From positions 24,867-85,361 of the forward strand of contig WELA01001563.1 in the NCBI GenBank assembly GCA_009602735.1: a stretch of DNA of 60,495 nt, written 5' to 3'. Made by a program: the position numbers and the translations under genes. This DNA is from Mesotaenium endlicherianum. Its lineage: Eukaryota. Below are positions 1 through 12,591 of this stretch, one piece after another; the first letter of the stretch is position 1; each line of letters starts with the position of its first letter. The notes under the pieces were generated by a model. It was not told the origin of the DNA. It ran no database searches and saw only the letters and a list, made by a program, of their open reading frames with translations.

Positions 1-105
1 CCCCCCGCCCCGCGGTGTCGGTCTTCACCTGCTCTCCGTCTCTCTCTCCCTCTGTCTCTGTCTCTCTCTCTGTCTGTCTCTTTCTCGTCTTCTTGCATGC
101 GCCAG

Positions 106-2420
106 CTGGCGAGCCAGGTGGGCCCCATTGTGGAGGAGCCTGAGGAGGTAGAGGACAGCCAGCTCAGCATCCTCATCGCCGAAGACAACATCGTCAACCA
201 GAGGGTAGGCTCCGCTTGCACACGCCTGCCTGACTGTTCTAGGCGCCACCTGGCACTTCGCTCTCCTCTGACACGTTGCCTACACTAGAGATGATTACTA
301 CGTTTTCAGATTGTTGCAACTGTGCAAGCAGGCAAGCACGTACTCGTGGTCACTTAATTATTGCCGGGTGTATGTGATAGCCCTCACCTTGCATTTATAT
401 GCTGAACATTTTTTCTACTTGCATTTTGGTCTCCGGTTTCCAGTCCTTAATTTTTAGATTTTAAAACCTTTTTTTTTGGGTTTTGAGATACCGTGTGTCA
501 TGTCTTGGGTTTAGGCTCTCGGTCTTCAGTGTCTCAAATTTGGCTGTCTGCAGGAGCCTTTCAGTGTGCCTCGAGATCTTTCTATAAGGAGCCAGGAGCC
601 CTCTGGGGTGCCCTGAAGAGTCCCCATTAAAAGCTTACACGTCGGCTGTCACTATACATTGTGGCCCTCCTCGCGGTCCCTGTCTCTCGGTTGTGGGCAC
701 TTGTGCTGCGGCTGCGGCCTGTTGCTGCAGCTGCTGCAGCTGCTTGCACGCTGTGTCAACAGATGGCGTGCCTGGGCAGCCTCTCCTCGGCTTGGCTTTC
801 CTGCGGCATGTGGCGGGGCCTCCTGTTCCATGCAGCTAATTTGCTTTACCTCTTCCCGTCTTCCCAATCCAAATCTCTCTTCCCGTAATTGATTCCTCTC
901 TTTGTGTGTCACAAAACTTGCAACAAATCGGGGTCGTGTGCTTGCTCCTTTCTGAAAACAACACCTGCGTGCTCGGCTATGCTGTGGCTGGGCTGGGCTG
1001 GGCTGTGCGTGCGGGGGTGCCGCCGCAGGTGCTGCTGAAGCTGCTCAAGGGGCTGGGCCAGGAGAACTGCGCCACCGCCGTCAACGGCAAGAAGGTCAGC
1101 CACCCAGCCTCCATACACCCCCCCACCCCCCCCNGCCGGGCCCTTCCCCGCTGGCCAGGCGTTCTTTCTCCATTGGTGCAATCCCCAGGTTGACGTCCAA
1201 AGAGTCGGGCTCTGGTTTCTCCCTCGATACTCAAATACTTGTGATACTCGGATACTCGTAAAATAAGGTCCTTCAAGAGTCTCGCGGGCTTCTTTCCGGT
1301 TTCGGCTTGACGAAGGCGGGGAGCGCGCGTGGGGCTTGGGGCTCTTGGCTTGCTTCTGCGGTACCTGGCGACACGTGGCAGGTGCTGGAGCTGATGGAGA
1401 AGGGCCGGTACGACCTGGTGCTCATGGACGTCCAGATGCCCGAGATGGACGGCCTCACGGCCACCACCCACATCCGAGTACGACGCCCTCTTCTCCCTTT
1501 CCTCTGCGTTCCCTTGTCCCTCCTCTCGTCTCCTGCCTGCTTTGCTGCCGTGTCCTCTCCTCTCCTCCCCTCCCCTCTTCTCTCCTCTTCTCCCCTCCCC
1601 TCCTCACATTTCCTCTTCTGTTCTCTCCTCTCTCCTCTCTCCTCTCGTTTCTCTCCTTTCTCCTCTCCCCTCTGCTCTGTTTTCCTTTCCTTTCCTGTCC
1701 TCTCCTCTCCTCTCTCTTGTCCCTGCTCTTCTCGTGTTTTCTCGCCTTATAAAATCTCTTCTTGCCCTCCTGTGCTCTCCACTCGACTGTGCCTCCTCTT
1801 CTTCTCATTCTTCCCTGTTCCCTGTTCCATGTTCCTTCCTTCTTCTCCTCTTCTCTCTTCTCCTTCCTACTTCTCCTAGCTCTGTTGCTTATTAATCGCG
1901 TTGCCTTCTGGTGCTGGGAACGTTTGTTTGCGCGAAGCTCAAGACATCCTAGAGCTTCTGGCCATGCCTTCCTCTCGTGGGGTGATAAGCAAAGCTCCAC
2001 TCATGCCGTTGTCGTGCCCGCCCTTGTTGCCTTCAGTGACTAACTTTGGCTGTTGTTTGCGTGCGTGCGTGCGTGCGTGGGTGCATCCGTACGTGCTTGT
2101 GTGCGCATGTGTGCTTACGTGTGCGTGCATGCATACTTGTGTGTGCGCGTGTGCATGCGTGTGGGTGCACGCGTGTGTGGGTGCGGGTGCGGGTGGGCGA
2201 TTTCGTGCAGACAACCTTTCCCGAGGAGCAGCAGCCGGTCGTGGCGGCGTTGACGGCCGACGTGGGGCCCGGCATCGAGGGCGAGTGCGTGGGTGTGGGC
2301 ATGAACTGGTACCTGAGCAAGCCCGTGCGGAAGGCGGAGCTGGAGCAGCTGCTCGGCAAGGTGGTGCAGCTGAGGCGGCGGTCGGGCAAGCGCAACCCGG
2401 CAGCGTGGCTCGAAGTTTGA
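106..2420 (+). CDS. 3' part of a two-component signalling gene (C-terminal receiver domain, probably a hybrid histidine kinase); exons 106-204, 1029-1094, 1382-1477, 2211-2420; 5' exons lie outside the window
   Basis: GT-AG introns join in phase 0 to give [84 protein letters not shown]...[10 protein letters not shown]. The receiver motifs ED-N, phospho-acceptor D(VQMP), T and KP are all present. Confidence 0.9.
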
Positions 2421-3607
2421 GGGACGTAGAGGAGGAAAAGGAGGAGGTGGTGGTGGAGGAGGAGGAAGTGGTGGTGGTGGAGGAGGTGCAGGAGAAGGAG
2501 GAGGGGGAGGGGAAGGTTGAGGTTAGGAGGTGGCAGAGGACGAGGAGGAGGAGGAGGGGGAGGAGGAGGGACAAGAGACGACGAATACTGGATTGGAAGA
2601 GAAAGTGTGACCGGGATGAAGGAGGAAATCGCAGCCGACTTGGCCGAGGAGGTGCACTCTGGAGTGAGCAAAAGCTTAACGGAAGGGGGAGAAGATGGGG
2701 GTAGAGGGGAAGGAGAGAAACAAGGAGGATGGGGTGGTGTTATGATGCCAGAGGAGGACGTGCTGTCAAGTGTGAAGAAAAGACCGGGTCAAGAAATGGG
2801 TGGGGACGCTTACGTCACATCGGCGGTGTTCCCCAAGCAGCTCGTCCGTGTTGGAGCAGGGCGGAAGTAGACCATCAAGCAGTTTTTTTTCTAAAAGCAG
2901 TGCTTCGTCATATTTTAAGCGCTCCACTCCCTGATTTTTTCCGATTCCTCTCGTGTCCCCGACCATCATCACTTCGGCGGCCGGAACTCTTTGGTGAATG
3001 AAGGGAGGAGCGACTTGCTTGCCAGTGCTCGATAGGGTAGGAGCTTTCATTTCTCAATCCCCTCGTCGCACCTTTCCACTTTTGGAATGGCTTGCAGAGG
3101 TACAACGTGTCCTTTTTAGCATTGCGTTTGAGTCTATTTTCAGGCTAATATATTGTAGCGATGGCAAACGAGGAGGTTGATATTGTTGCATCTGGCTGGA
3201 TGGTGACGTTCTTCGTTCCCACACCGGTCATGACACTGGAGAGGGCGCAATTAATTATGTATATAGGGAAAGGACTTCCTCGCTTCCGATTGGTATAGGT
3301 AAGAGTCATGAGGAGCAGCAACTATGGATGTTCTGTGCTTAGGTCTTCCCTTGCAATGAGGTATTTATGTCCATGAGCATGTCGGGGGAGCTTAGCGTGC
3401 AGCCTTCACGAATCGTTGGATTACAAGTATCAAGGAAAGTATTGTTCGCCTGTCGTTTGAGGATACATTTTTTGCAAGTGCTCCAATGCAAAACTTTTGG
3501 TGAGCTGCCCTGCTTCTAGCTTTTTGTTCCAATGTATTTGTTTTGTCGGCTTTCTTGCTATGTACAATTTTCGCTTTCTTAGATCTCATCATGTTCTTCG
3601 TCCATGG

Positions 3608-3609
<2 letters not shown>

Positions 3610-3659
<50 letters not shown>

Positions 3660-3661
3660 NN

Positions 3662-3747
<86 letters not shown>
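3610..3747. repeat. (CT)n microsatellite
   Basis: About 138 bp of pure TC dinucleotide with an internal NN. Confidence 0.97.
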
Positions 3748-3748
<1 letters not shown>

Positions 3749-4620
3749 ATGAACTCAGTCTCAAAACAATATTACGGTTAGTACACAAAGTGCCTATCCT
3801 CAACTTTACCAACTTTTCAGAGTTACATGTTCTGGGTCAAAATAGCTAGCACACTAGACCACCGAACTTGATGTGCCTAAGAACGTTGATCCCGTCCCCT
3901 GTAGCAACTGTTCGCTTCATCTTTGTGGTCGGGTGAAAATGACAACTCATGTTTTTTTGACTTGCACTAACAACTACCAAGAAACGACTATTGACAAACA
4001 GAGATATGTACATCAACAACTTGGCGTGCGTTAGGCGCAACATTTTTCAACACCCTTCTTAGCTGTTTCTGTATGGCTATTCTTGTACGTATTTTGCAAT
4101 TGGAAACTGTTGCGTTCTAATCATTGCATTGAAATGTTAGGATACTAGTAATGTTACTTAATTCTTCACTAGAGGATAAATAGTTTGTTCTCAGGGCCTT
4201 GGGTCTAAATGTGAAGGGAGATACAATTCAAGGAAAGCTTGTGTATTTGTAGAGGACCCCTTGGGGAAAATGGAATAGAATTATAAGCGCACATTAACTT
4301 ATGTTCTATGGAATACAGATTGAGGGATTATTAGCAACAGAAAGAAATATGGCAGTTTGTGGCGAAACTAGGTTTCTGCCGGATAGAAGTGTAGGATCAA
4401 ATTGTATTTACTCGACTTCTTATTAGAGGGTGGATTGTAACGTCTGAACAATTTTGACGTTTTCCTTTCGACCTGAGTGCATTCGGGTTTACCCGGACCG
4501 TAGCCCTTTCACCGTACATCAATTGGGGCATCTAATAACTTGCTAACTTACCTGATCAACTTGTGTCTCAACTTTAACTTTTATTTGACCCCCTTAGGCC
4601 GCGGAGGACGTGCGAGACTA

Positions 4621-4670
4621 GGCAAGAATTGGCAAACATCGGCAAAAATCGGCAAAAATCGGCAAAAGTG
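4621..4670. repeat. 10-bp tandem repeat (GGCAAAAATC-like) x5 upstream of ADPRM
   Basis: ggcaagaatt ggcaaacatc ggcaaaaatc ggcaaaaatc ggcaaaagtg. Confidence 0.85.
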
Positions 4671-5170
4671 GTAAGAATGACATCTGGTAAATTAGACTCT
4701 GTTGGACTACTTTTTCCAATTTTTTCAACGTCATTCAGACTTCATCGCTGCCTCATTGGCAATTCTGTTTCAAACGCTTTCTCAAATGACGTTCAGATAG
4801 ATGTAAGATGCTCGTGCACCAACTGGTGCACCGGGAGGAAAACAGCATCTTACATCAGTTCCCTCATCAGGAGTCGTAACTATGTCCCTTTCTCGCACTC
4901 ACAGACAAAGAACGAATGCAGGCGAGTGCTCTTCAGCCAAGGCTGCTTGTCACTCTCTACGGAGGGTCTCGCTCCCTTGCTAGTGGTTTCGCGTGTCGCT
5001 CTTGTGTAAAAGTAAACCCTACTTGGATTCGGAAAACTTTCCCGCCGCTATCACTATGCACAGACTACGGTAGGAGTATAGTCCGTCAGCCGAATTTGCG
5101 AAACATCTGCTGCGCAGCACACTCGCCAAGCCACTCGCCAAGGCACTCGCCGAGCCACTTGCTAAGCGGC

Positions 5171-8100
5171 ATGGCGGATCGCAGAGAGCAGAGTGCTGGG
5201 CCCCTCTTCAGATTTGGAGTTCTGGCCGACGTTCAGTACGCTGACAAGGAGAATGGATGTAAGGCTTGTACGCTTTTGAGCATACGTGCATGGATTGGGC
5301 CGACAAGTAGGCGTCTAGTCATTGCAGGAGAATTTCAGGAGATGCACAAAATGTGTGGAGAACGAGGGCGATCTGACCAGAGCGGCTTTCGGAATGAATG
5401 AAAACCCTGTCGTGTGTACTCCTCAAAAAAGTTGACGAGGGCTGGCTGGACGTCAAGCTCCCACTTGGTTTGAAGAGAGTGTTCTGGTTGCACGTCGTAT
5501 ATCTGCTGATGCCCTGAGGTCGTTGCACCCAGTTGCAGTCAAACGCAGTCAGACTCAGTCAGACGCAGTCAAGACTCACTCTCACTCCCATTCCATTCGA
5601 CACTGCCATGCTCTTGGACAAACTGGACTTCTGTCGCTTTACAAGATAAAGGGAAAAATAGAGAAAAAAAAGAGAAAAAAATTTGTACTGCTTAGTTCCA
5701 GTGAGCTGTATATGCAGACTGCAGCTAGGTCACTTTGCTTAGCTAGATATATAGGAAGAAGCTGTGTCAATCTTACCAAGCTGAACCTCGCGAGCGAGGG
5801 CTACCTGAGATTGTTCCCCCGAGCTGCACCTCTTCCTAAAAACTCGCGGAATCTGAGACCACCGAAAAGCCGCGGGGCCAGAGCTGCGTGTACACCTAGG
5901 CTTGCGCCAGGTGTCGCTCCTTACCCATTGCTGAAACGCTGCGCCGACCTCATTACCCTGCTCGATCTGCATGACGAGGGTGTCGCTAATTTGTCACAAG
6001 GAGTGTGTCGCTGATTGGCGTGGTGCTGCCGCTGTCACTGTCTGGAATGCAGAGGAGGTCAGCGGTGGTTGGCGTTGCATGACGAGGGCGTCACTGACTG
6101 GCGTGGCAAGGGTGTCACTGATTGGCATGACGAGGGTAGGGCGAGGGTGTCACTGATGGCATGGCGAGGGTGTCGCTGATCGGAATGTTGCTAATGGGAG
6201 TGGGGAGGGCGGTGGCGCAGCTTACGAGAATCAGGTCCAGCGCTACCGAGAAGCGCCGGGAAAGCTGGCTGCTGCCGTGGCGCACTTCAATGGCTGCCGG
6301 GACCAGCTCTCGTACGACACCAGCTCCTCAACTGTCGTAGAATCACGCGCACACACGCGCACGCACGCGCACGCACGCACACACACACACACAAGCATAC
6401 ACACGTACCTTGCGCGCGCGCGCGCACACGCACACACACACACATGCACACACACGCACACATACACACACACACACACGCGTGCACGCACGCACGCACG
6501 CACACACACGCGCGCTCGCGCACACACAGACACACGCACACAACGACAGAACACCACTCAAACGCGTGCATACACGTGCACACACACGCACTGAGACACA
6601 AACCGAGAGACGCACACACAAACTCATGTACACGCGCAGGCACGCACGCGCAAACACATACGGAGAGACACACACAGAGGGACACGCACACGCAAAGACA
6701 CACACGCACTTATACTTGCACTTGCATACACAGCAGAGCACGCACGCGCACACACATATGCAGGCATGCACGCGCACGCACGCACACACACGCACACGTG
6801 TCAGCAGGCACGTGTTTGAGGGCCACTCGACAACGACCCGCCTGGATCTTCCTGTTTAGCTGAACGACTCCTATTCTCTGAGCTGCAGTGAGTGACTTGT
6901 TCCGCTCCAAACATCAGGGTAGATTGGCGCAGGCTCCGCTCAGTTGCGCCACTTGGCGCTGCGTGGCTGGCTTAAGTGCCCACGCTGCTGCTGCAGCAGC
7001 AGGGTCAGCCGCTGCCCCCCCCCCCCTTTTCTCCTCCTCCCGGACTGGCACCCCTGTGGTGGCCTGTCTGGGCCCTCCAGTCAGGCATGTGGCGACATGC
7101 CGGTGCCGATATGCTGGTGCATGCGCGTGCAGTTCTGCCCCCGTGTTTACGCTCGTCTGACGTTCTTTTGAAGTTAAAAACAGCTCACTTATGCGTCCTC
7201 TTCTTGGTCCTTCGTTTCGTTATTTAAGCTGCGCCTAGGTGTGTGCGTCAATGTGTACACATGCAGACCGGCACGCGTGTATGTGTGTGTAATCTTACAT
7301 ATGAAGACCGAGCAATTTCGCATCCATATTAGCATGTATACACGTATATATGTATATCTATTCACACATATACATACAAATATATATATGTGTCTATGTA
7401 GGTATGCCTATACATATTTATGTCTGTGTATATGTCTATACATATGAAAGTTGTACATGCATATGAGCGTACATATATGTCTACATGCACGTACTTATAT
7501 ATTAACACAAACATATTTGACGAGACCACGTGTGCATACATGTGCGTCTTTTCAACATTCTCATTTTCTTCCTTCAAGTTCATCGGGGCAAACAAAACCT
7601 CTTTGTCCGCATGTCCCCACCTGTACACCGGCGCGCAGGTTTGTGCTGACGCTTGGTGACATCATCGACGGGAACGAGACGGACGAGAAGACAGAATGCG
7701 ACTTCGAGGTGGTGATGGCCGAGCTCTCTAAGGTTAGTTGCCGGCTGCTTCTCCTCCCGCTGCCACCTGGCATGAACCCCTCCCTTCAACCCCCCAAACC
7801 CTCCGACCCAGCCTCCCCTCCACCCCACCCCTCCCTCCCTCCACCCCGACCCCTCCTGCCCTTGCATCCATTGTTGTGTCTGCTGCCTTTTTTTCCCATG
7901 TTGATTTTATCCCTCTCCTCATCAGGTCCACTTGCTGACCCTGCTCGTCCGCCGTCCAACAGTCTGTCACGGCTGTTGCAGCCCGTTTGGCGTGGGAAAG
8001 AGTCTGACGCCCGTTTGACAAGCTCTCGCGTCCTGAGCTCACAACCAGACGGGCTGGGTGCCAAGTGGCGGCGTGTCGTATGTGGTGTTTGCGTGTGGCG

Positions 8101-9348
8101 GGAACCCCTCCCGGAGGGCTGACACATACATCGTGCCGGCGGAGGGTATCGCTCACATCTGCCTGTCTTCCAGGTCCCGCCTTCCTTTTTATAGGTCCAC
8201 CTTTTCGTGTGGCTTGGGCTGCAGCATAAGTTAGAGCCCATGAATCACGTAGCGAGTATGCGCGCGAGCGCGTGCATATGTGTGCGCGCATGTGTCTGCT
8301 GCAGCTGCCAGCTGGAGGTGAAGCCTGCCCATTACGTGCTCTCTGTATGTGTGTTGACATGCGTGCGTGCGTGCGTGCGTGCCTGCGTGCGTGTGTGCAT
8401 GTGTGCGTGGGTGCGTGCCTGTATGCGTGCGCGCGTGCGTGTGTGCGTGTGTGTGCGCTCGTGCGCGTGTGTGAACGGGGGTTGCTGCAGCTGGAGGTGC
8501 GGGCGGCACATCACGTGCTGGGCAACCACTGCCTGGCGCTGCCGCGCTCGACGCTGCTGCAGCGCCTGGCCATGGCCGACCGCTTCTACCACACGCTCGT
8601 CCATCCCGGCTGGCGCCTGGTCAGCGCTCCCGCTCGCCACCTCACCGCTCCCCCACGTGCCGCCCGCGCCCCGTCGGACGCCCTCCGGGATAGCCTGGAA
8701 AAATAACACCTGTGCCTCCAGATTTGCCAACCCCCAGACTGAGAATACGTACCACAAATCAAAATTTCACCCGGATTTCGGGACCCAAAGCTTCATGCTT
8801 CAGACCCTGACACGTGGCACGTGGACCTCGTTAGGCGTAAAATTAAACCCGCATACTTAAACCCTGCATCAAGAGCCCTAGACCTATGAGCTTCATGCAG
8901 GGGAAGGTTGGAGGAGCACACGTTCCCGCCCTTCTCCACGCGCGTTCTGATGGAGTTTGTATTGTACCGGAAGTTGTACCGGGAGTTGTACCGGGAGTTT
9001 TACCGGCGAGGACGGAGGCCGTCGGGGGGCACATGCTGGGCGGCGGGCAGTCAGCAAGCCCGGCACCTCCCCCCCCCCATGCAGCGACTCAGCATTCTTT
9101 TTTGTTTCGTTTATTTTATTCTATTTTTTGTTGTTCTGTTCTGCGGTCTCCCCCGCGCTCTCCGAGAGCTTTGCGTGCTTTGCCCGTGAGCCCTCGCGAG
9201 TGACTCTGCAACGCCGCTGGAAAAACTCCAGACGTGCACAGAACGCAGGCCACACGGTTTGTGCGGGTGTCCCTCATCGGGGGGTCGAGAGCTCTAGAGA
9301 CTCACACTGCCTGTCTAGCTGGTGTCTAGCTGGTACTGCCTGTGCGTG

Positions 9349-9382
<34 letters not shown>

Positions 9383-10117
9383 NTATATATATATATATTT
9401 CCACCGGCTGCTGTGAGAGGAGGGAGGAGCATGGGGCAGGCGCAAAGGGCTGACGAGAGGGGCAGGAAAACAAGCAGCTCCATGAGAGAAATATTTTTTT
9501 GCTCGCTTGTGGGAGGGAGCTTCAAACTAAAGCACCTCCTTTTAGCGACTCGGGCGGCGACGGCTGCAGAGCCGTTGCTTCATGTGGTTCTGCTTATCGC
9601 CCTAAAACATTTTTCTGCTTAACTGCTTATCGCCCTATTAGTTTTTTTTCTGATGAAGGAACATATCCTTCTACGCATCTGGCATTGCTTGAGGGGTCAA
9701 GCGAGGTTTCTTCCTGTAAGGCCGGCAGCAGAGGCGGTGCCAGTGCACGGCCCTGCTCTGTGGTCCGGTTCCAAACCGCAAATGCTTCGCAGCGGCACGC
9801 TCTCTGTGAGCGTGACAACTCGCCGCTGCTTAAGGCGTTGGAGGGGCCTGAGTTGATGCCAGGAAGAGGAATGGAGGGGGTTTTGGATGAGTCCCTCAGC
9901 AGCAGCAGTAAACCCAAAATCTTAGAAGCTACAGCTTAGACTATACCCTTCAACCCTATGCCTGTTGCACCTTGCGTCAGGTCTTCTACTGGAAGGGAGA
10001 GACTGCAGGCGTGGGCTCCCTCCCTTATTCCACTTGTCTCCTCACACACACATGCACACGTGCGTGCGCGCGCGCCCACCACACACAGTCACACACGCTG
10101 GCATGCACGTACACACG

Positions 10118-10154
<37 letters not shown>

Positions 10155-12506
10155 ACACACACACGCACACACACAGGCACCCGCGCACACACACGCACGC
10201 ACGCACATGCATACACCAACACAAACTGATACCTGGCACGCGCGCAGGTGGTGCTCGACTCCATGGACGTAAGTGTAAAGTGGCCGCCCGAGCACCCGCA
10301 CCGCACGGTACTCTCTCCCACGTGGGCTCCCTCTCCCTCCTCTTCGTCTTCCTTGCTGCCCTCCTCTTTTCTCTTTCTCTCTTCCTCTTCATCCTCTTCC
10401 CGTTCTTCGTCCAAGTCTTCCACTCTTCTTCTTCCTCTCCGCTTGCCGCTTGAGCTTCCTACTGCCCCCACGGCTCATCGTTAAAGCCAGCCTACAAGGG
10501 AGAACCTGGGACCCACCCAGGGAGCCATTTAGGGACCTTGGGAGCTCACAGCGCCAGGGAACCACCCTGAGAGCCATTCTAGGAGCCAGTCAGAGAGCCC
10601 CCCAAGGACTCTGGGAGCCACCAGGAGAGCCTGTCAGTGAGTCGCGCAGGGAGCCATTTAGGGAGCCACCCAGGGAGCCCCATAGGTCTATGGGGCATGT
10701 CCACACTGGCACAAAAATACACACACACACGCACACATGCGCACACACACAAACACACACACACAGACGCGCACACACATAGACACCCACACACATGCAC
10801 ACATGAGGAGTACGTCAAGATGCTGGCCTGTGTGCTCTCTTACGTTTCTCTGTCTGTGTGTCCGTGTGGAGGTGTTGACACCTGTCGTCCTCTCTGTGCG
10901 CGGCAGGCGGCCGAGGAGCTGATGGCCAGGCAGCCCCTGGGCAAGGAGCACCCGCAGATGGCCACCTGGAATGGCGCCATAGGCCAGGGACAGCTGGCGT
11001 GGCTGCGGCACACCCTGGCAGAGGCAGAGCAGTGAGTTGCCCGGCTTCAGCCCCACCTGGCACGCCTGTGCGCATGCAAAGGGAGCCGCTCGTGTGCGCG
11101 CTCACAAGCAAATTTGCCTTCCTACCCTGCACGAATTTTCAGAAGATTACCTGTCTTGCTTGCAAACCAGTCTGTGCCACCACCACAACCCCACCCCCCC
11201 CCCCCTTCAAGGCGCACATTGATATTTGCACATTTGTGCCGACAGACGCGCACGCGCGCGCGCACGCATACCCCGGGGGGTTTGCAGCAGCCTGCTCGGT
11301 TCCTGTGCGTGATGTGAGGGAACAGGTGTCGCAAGCTCCAGGACTCTGTCACCAGCCCCCCGTCCTCATGTGGCTTCTACTCTCGGCCGGCCATCTGACG
11401 GCTGTTCTTTGCTCCTGTTTTCCTGCTGTTTCTTTCCACGCGTGCGCGTGCGCGTGCACAAGTGTGTGCGCGGGGAAGGGATAGGGGGGACAGCAGTAAC
11501 ACGCTGGTTCAAACTTGCACATTCATGTACAAAGAGATGTATGTTGTCATATGCACTTGTATGAGGAAATATAGGACATGCATGCGTGTACCATATGTGT
11601 CCATCCCGTACGTACGCACAAGAGACCTTACATGTACTGACATCTATGTGCATTTTCTCTTCTGCGCTTGTACACATCACTTCAATTTGCATTTCTCCTT
11701 CATGCCTTGCGCACTCTGCCTAGGTTTGCAAGCGTAGTGGCTCGTCTGACGAAAGGCCACCGCCGCTAAGCCCACTAAGGCACTAGGGCACTAAGGCACT
11801 GAGGCTCTGGGCTGACGAAAGGTGCTAGGGCTGTGGGCTGTGGGCTGTGGTGTCTGCGCGCGCGCGCACGCGCACGCGCAGGGCGGAGGAGAGAGTGATC
11901 GTGGCCATGCACCACCCGCTGCTGGAGGGGGCCGCCCCCCCCAGCCACCTCGTGTGGAACCACCAAGAGGTGCTCTGCTCCTCCCCCTCTCTCCCCCTCT
12001 TCCCCCTCTACCCCGCTCTCCCCATCTCTCCCTCTCCCATGCCCTCTCCCTCCGCATCCTTCACCGGCTGCTGGAGGGGGGCCAGGCCCCCGCACGCACC
12101 TTGTGTAGAACCACAGAAAGCCGCCTGACTGTTTCACCCTCAAGTTAGAAACTTTGGACTTCTCACTGCGTATCCATGCCACATGGCATCCCTGGGAGCG
12201 CGCATCGCGCATGCTGTTAGCACACTCTGGGCGTGTTCGCTATTGACACGTGTTGCGTGCATATCACATGACTGATGGCGGACCTGGCTGCACACCTGAA
12301 TCTTGAACAGCAGCTACATGTGCTCTTGCTGCGTGTAAGCACTTTTTGGGGGAAAGAAAATCGTATTCGCAGCCTAAACTCGAAACCTGTTGCGAAAAAA
12401 TCTTTTTGAGATTGTGGCTGCGTACTGACAGCCCAGAGGCCTGATCAAGTATCACCCTCACCCAGCAGAGCCTCAGACTGTGAGCGCACTTTGCCAGCTG
12501 GCCTTA

Positions 12507-12591
<85 letters not shown>

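Noticed and set aside
1455..2704. Long ORFs rich in S/L/P, E/R or C/V/A, and similar ORFs at 3497-3849, 6243-6863, 9958-10471
   Set aside because: Translations of microsatellite or low-complexity intron and UTR sequence.
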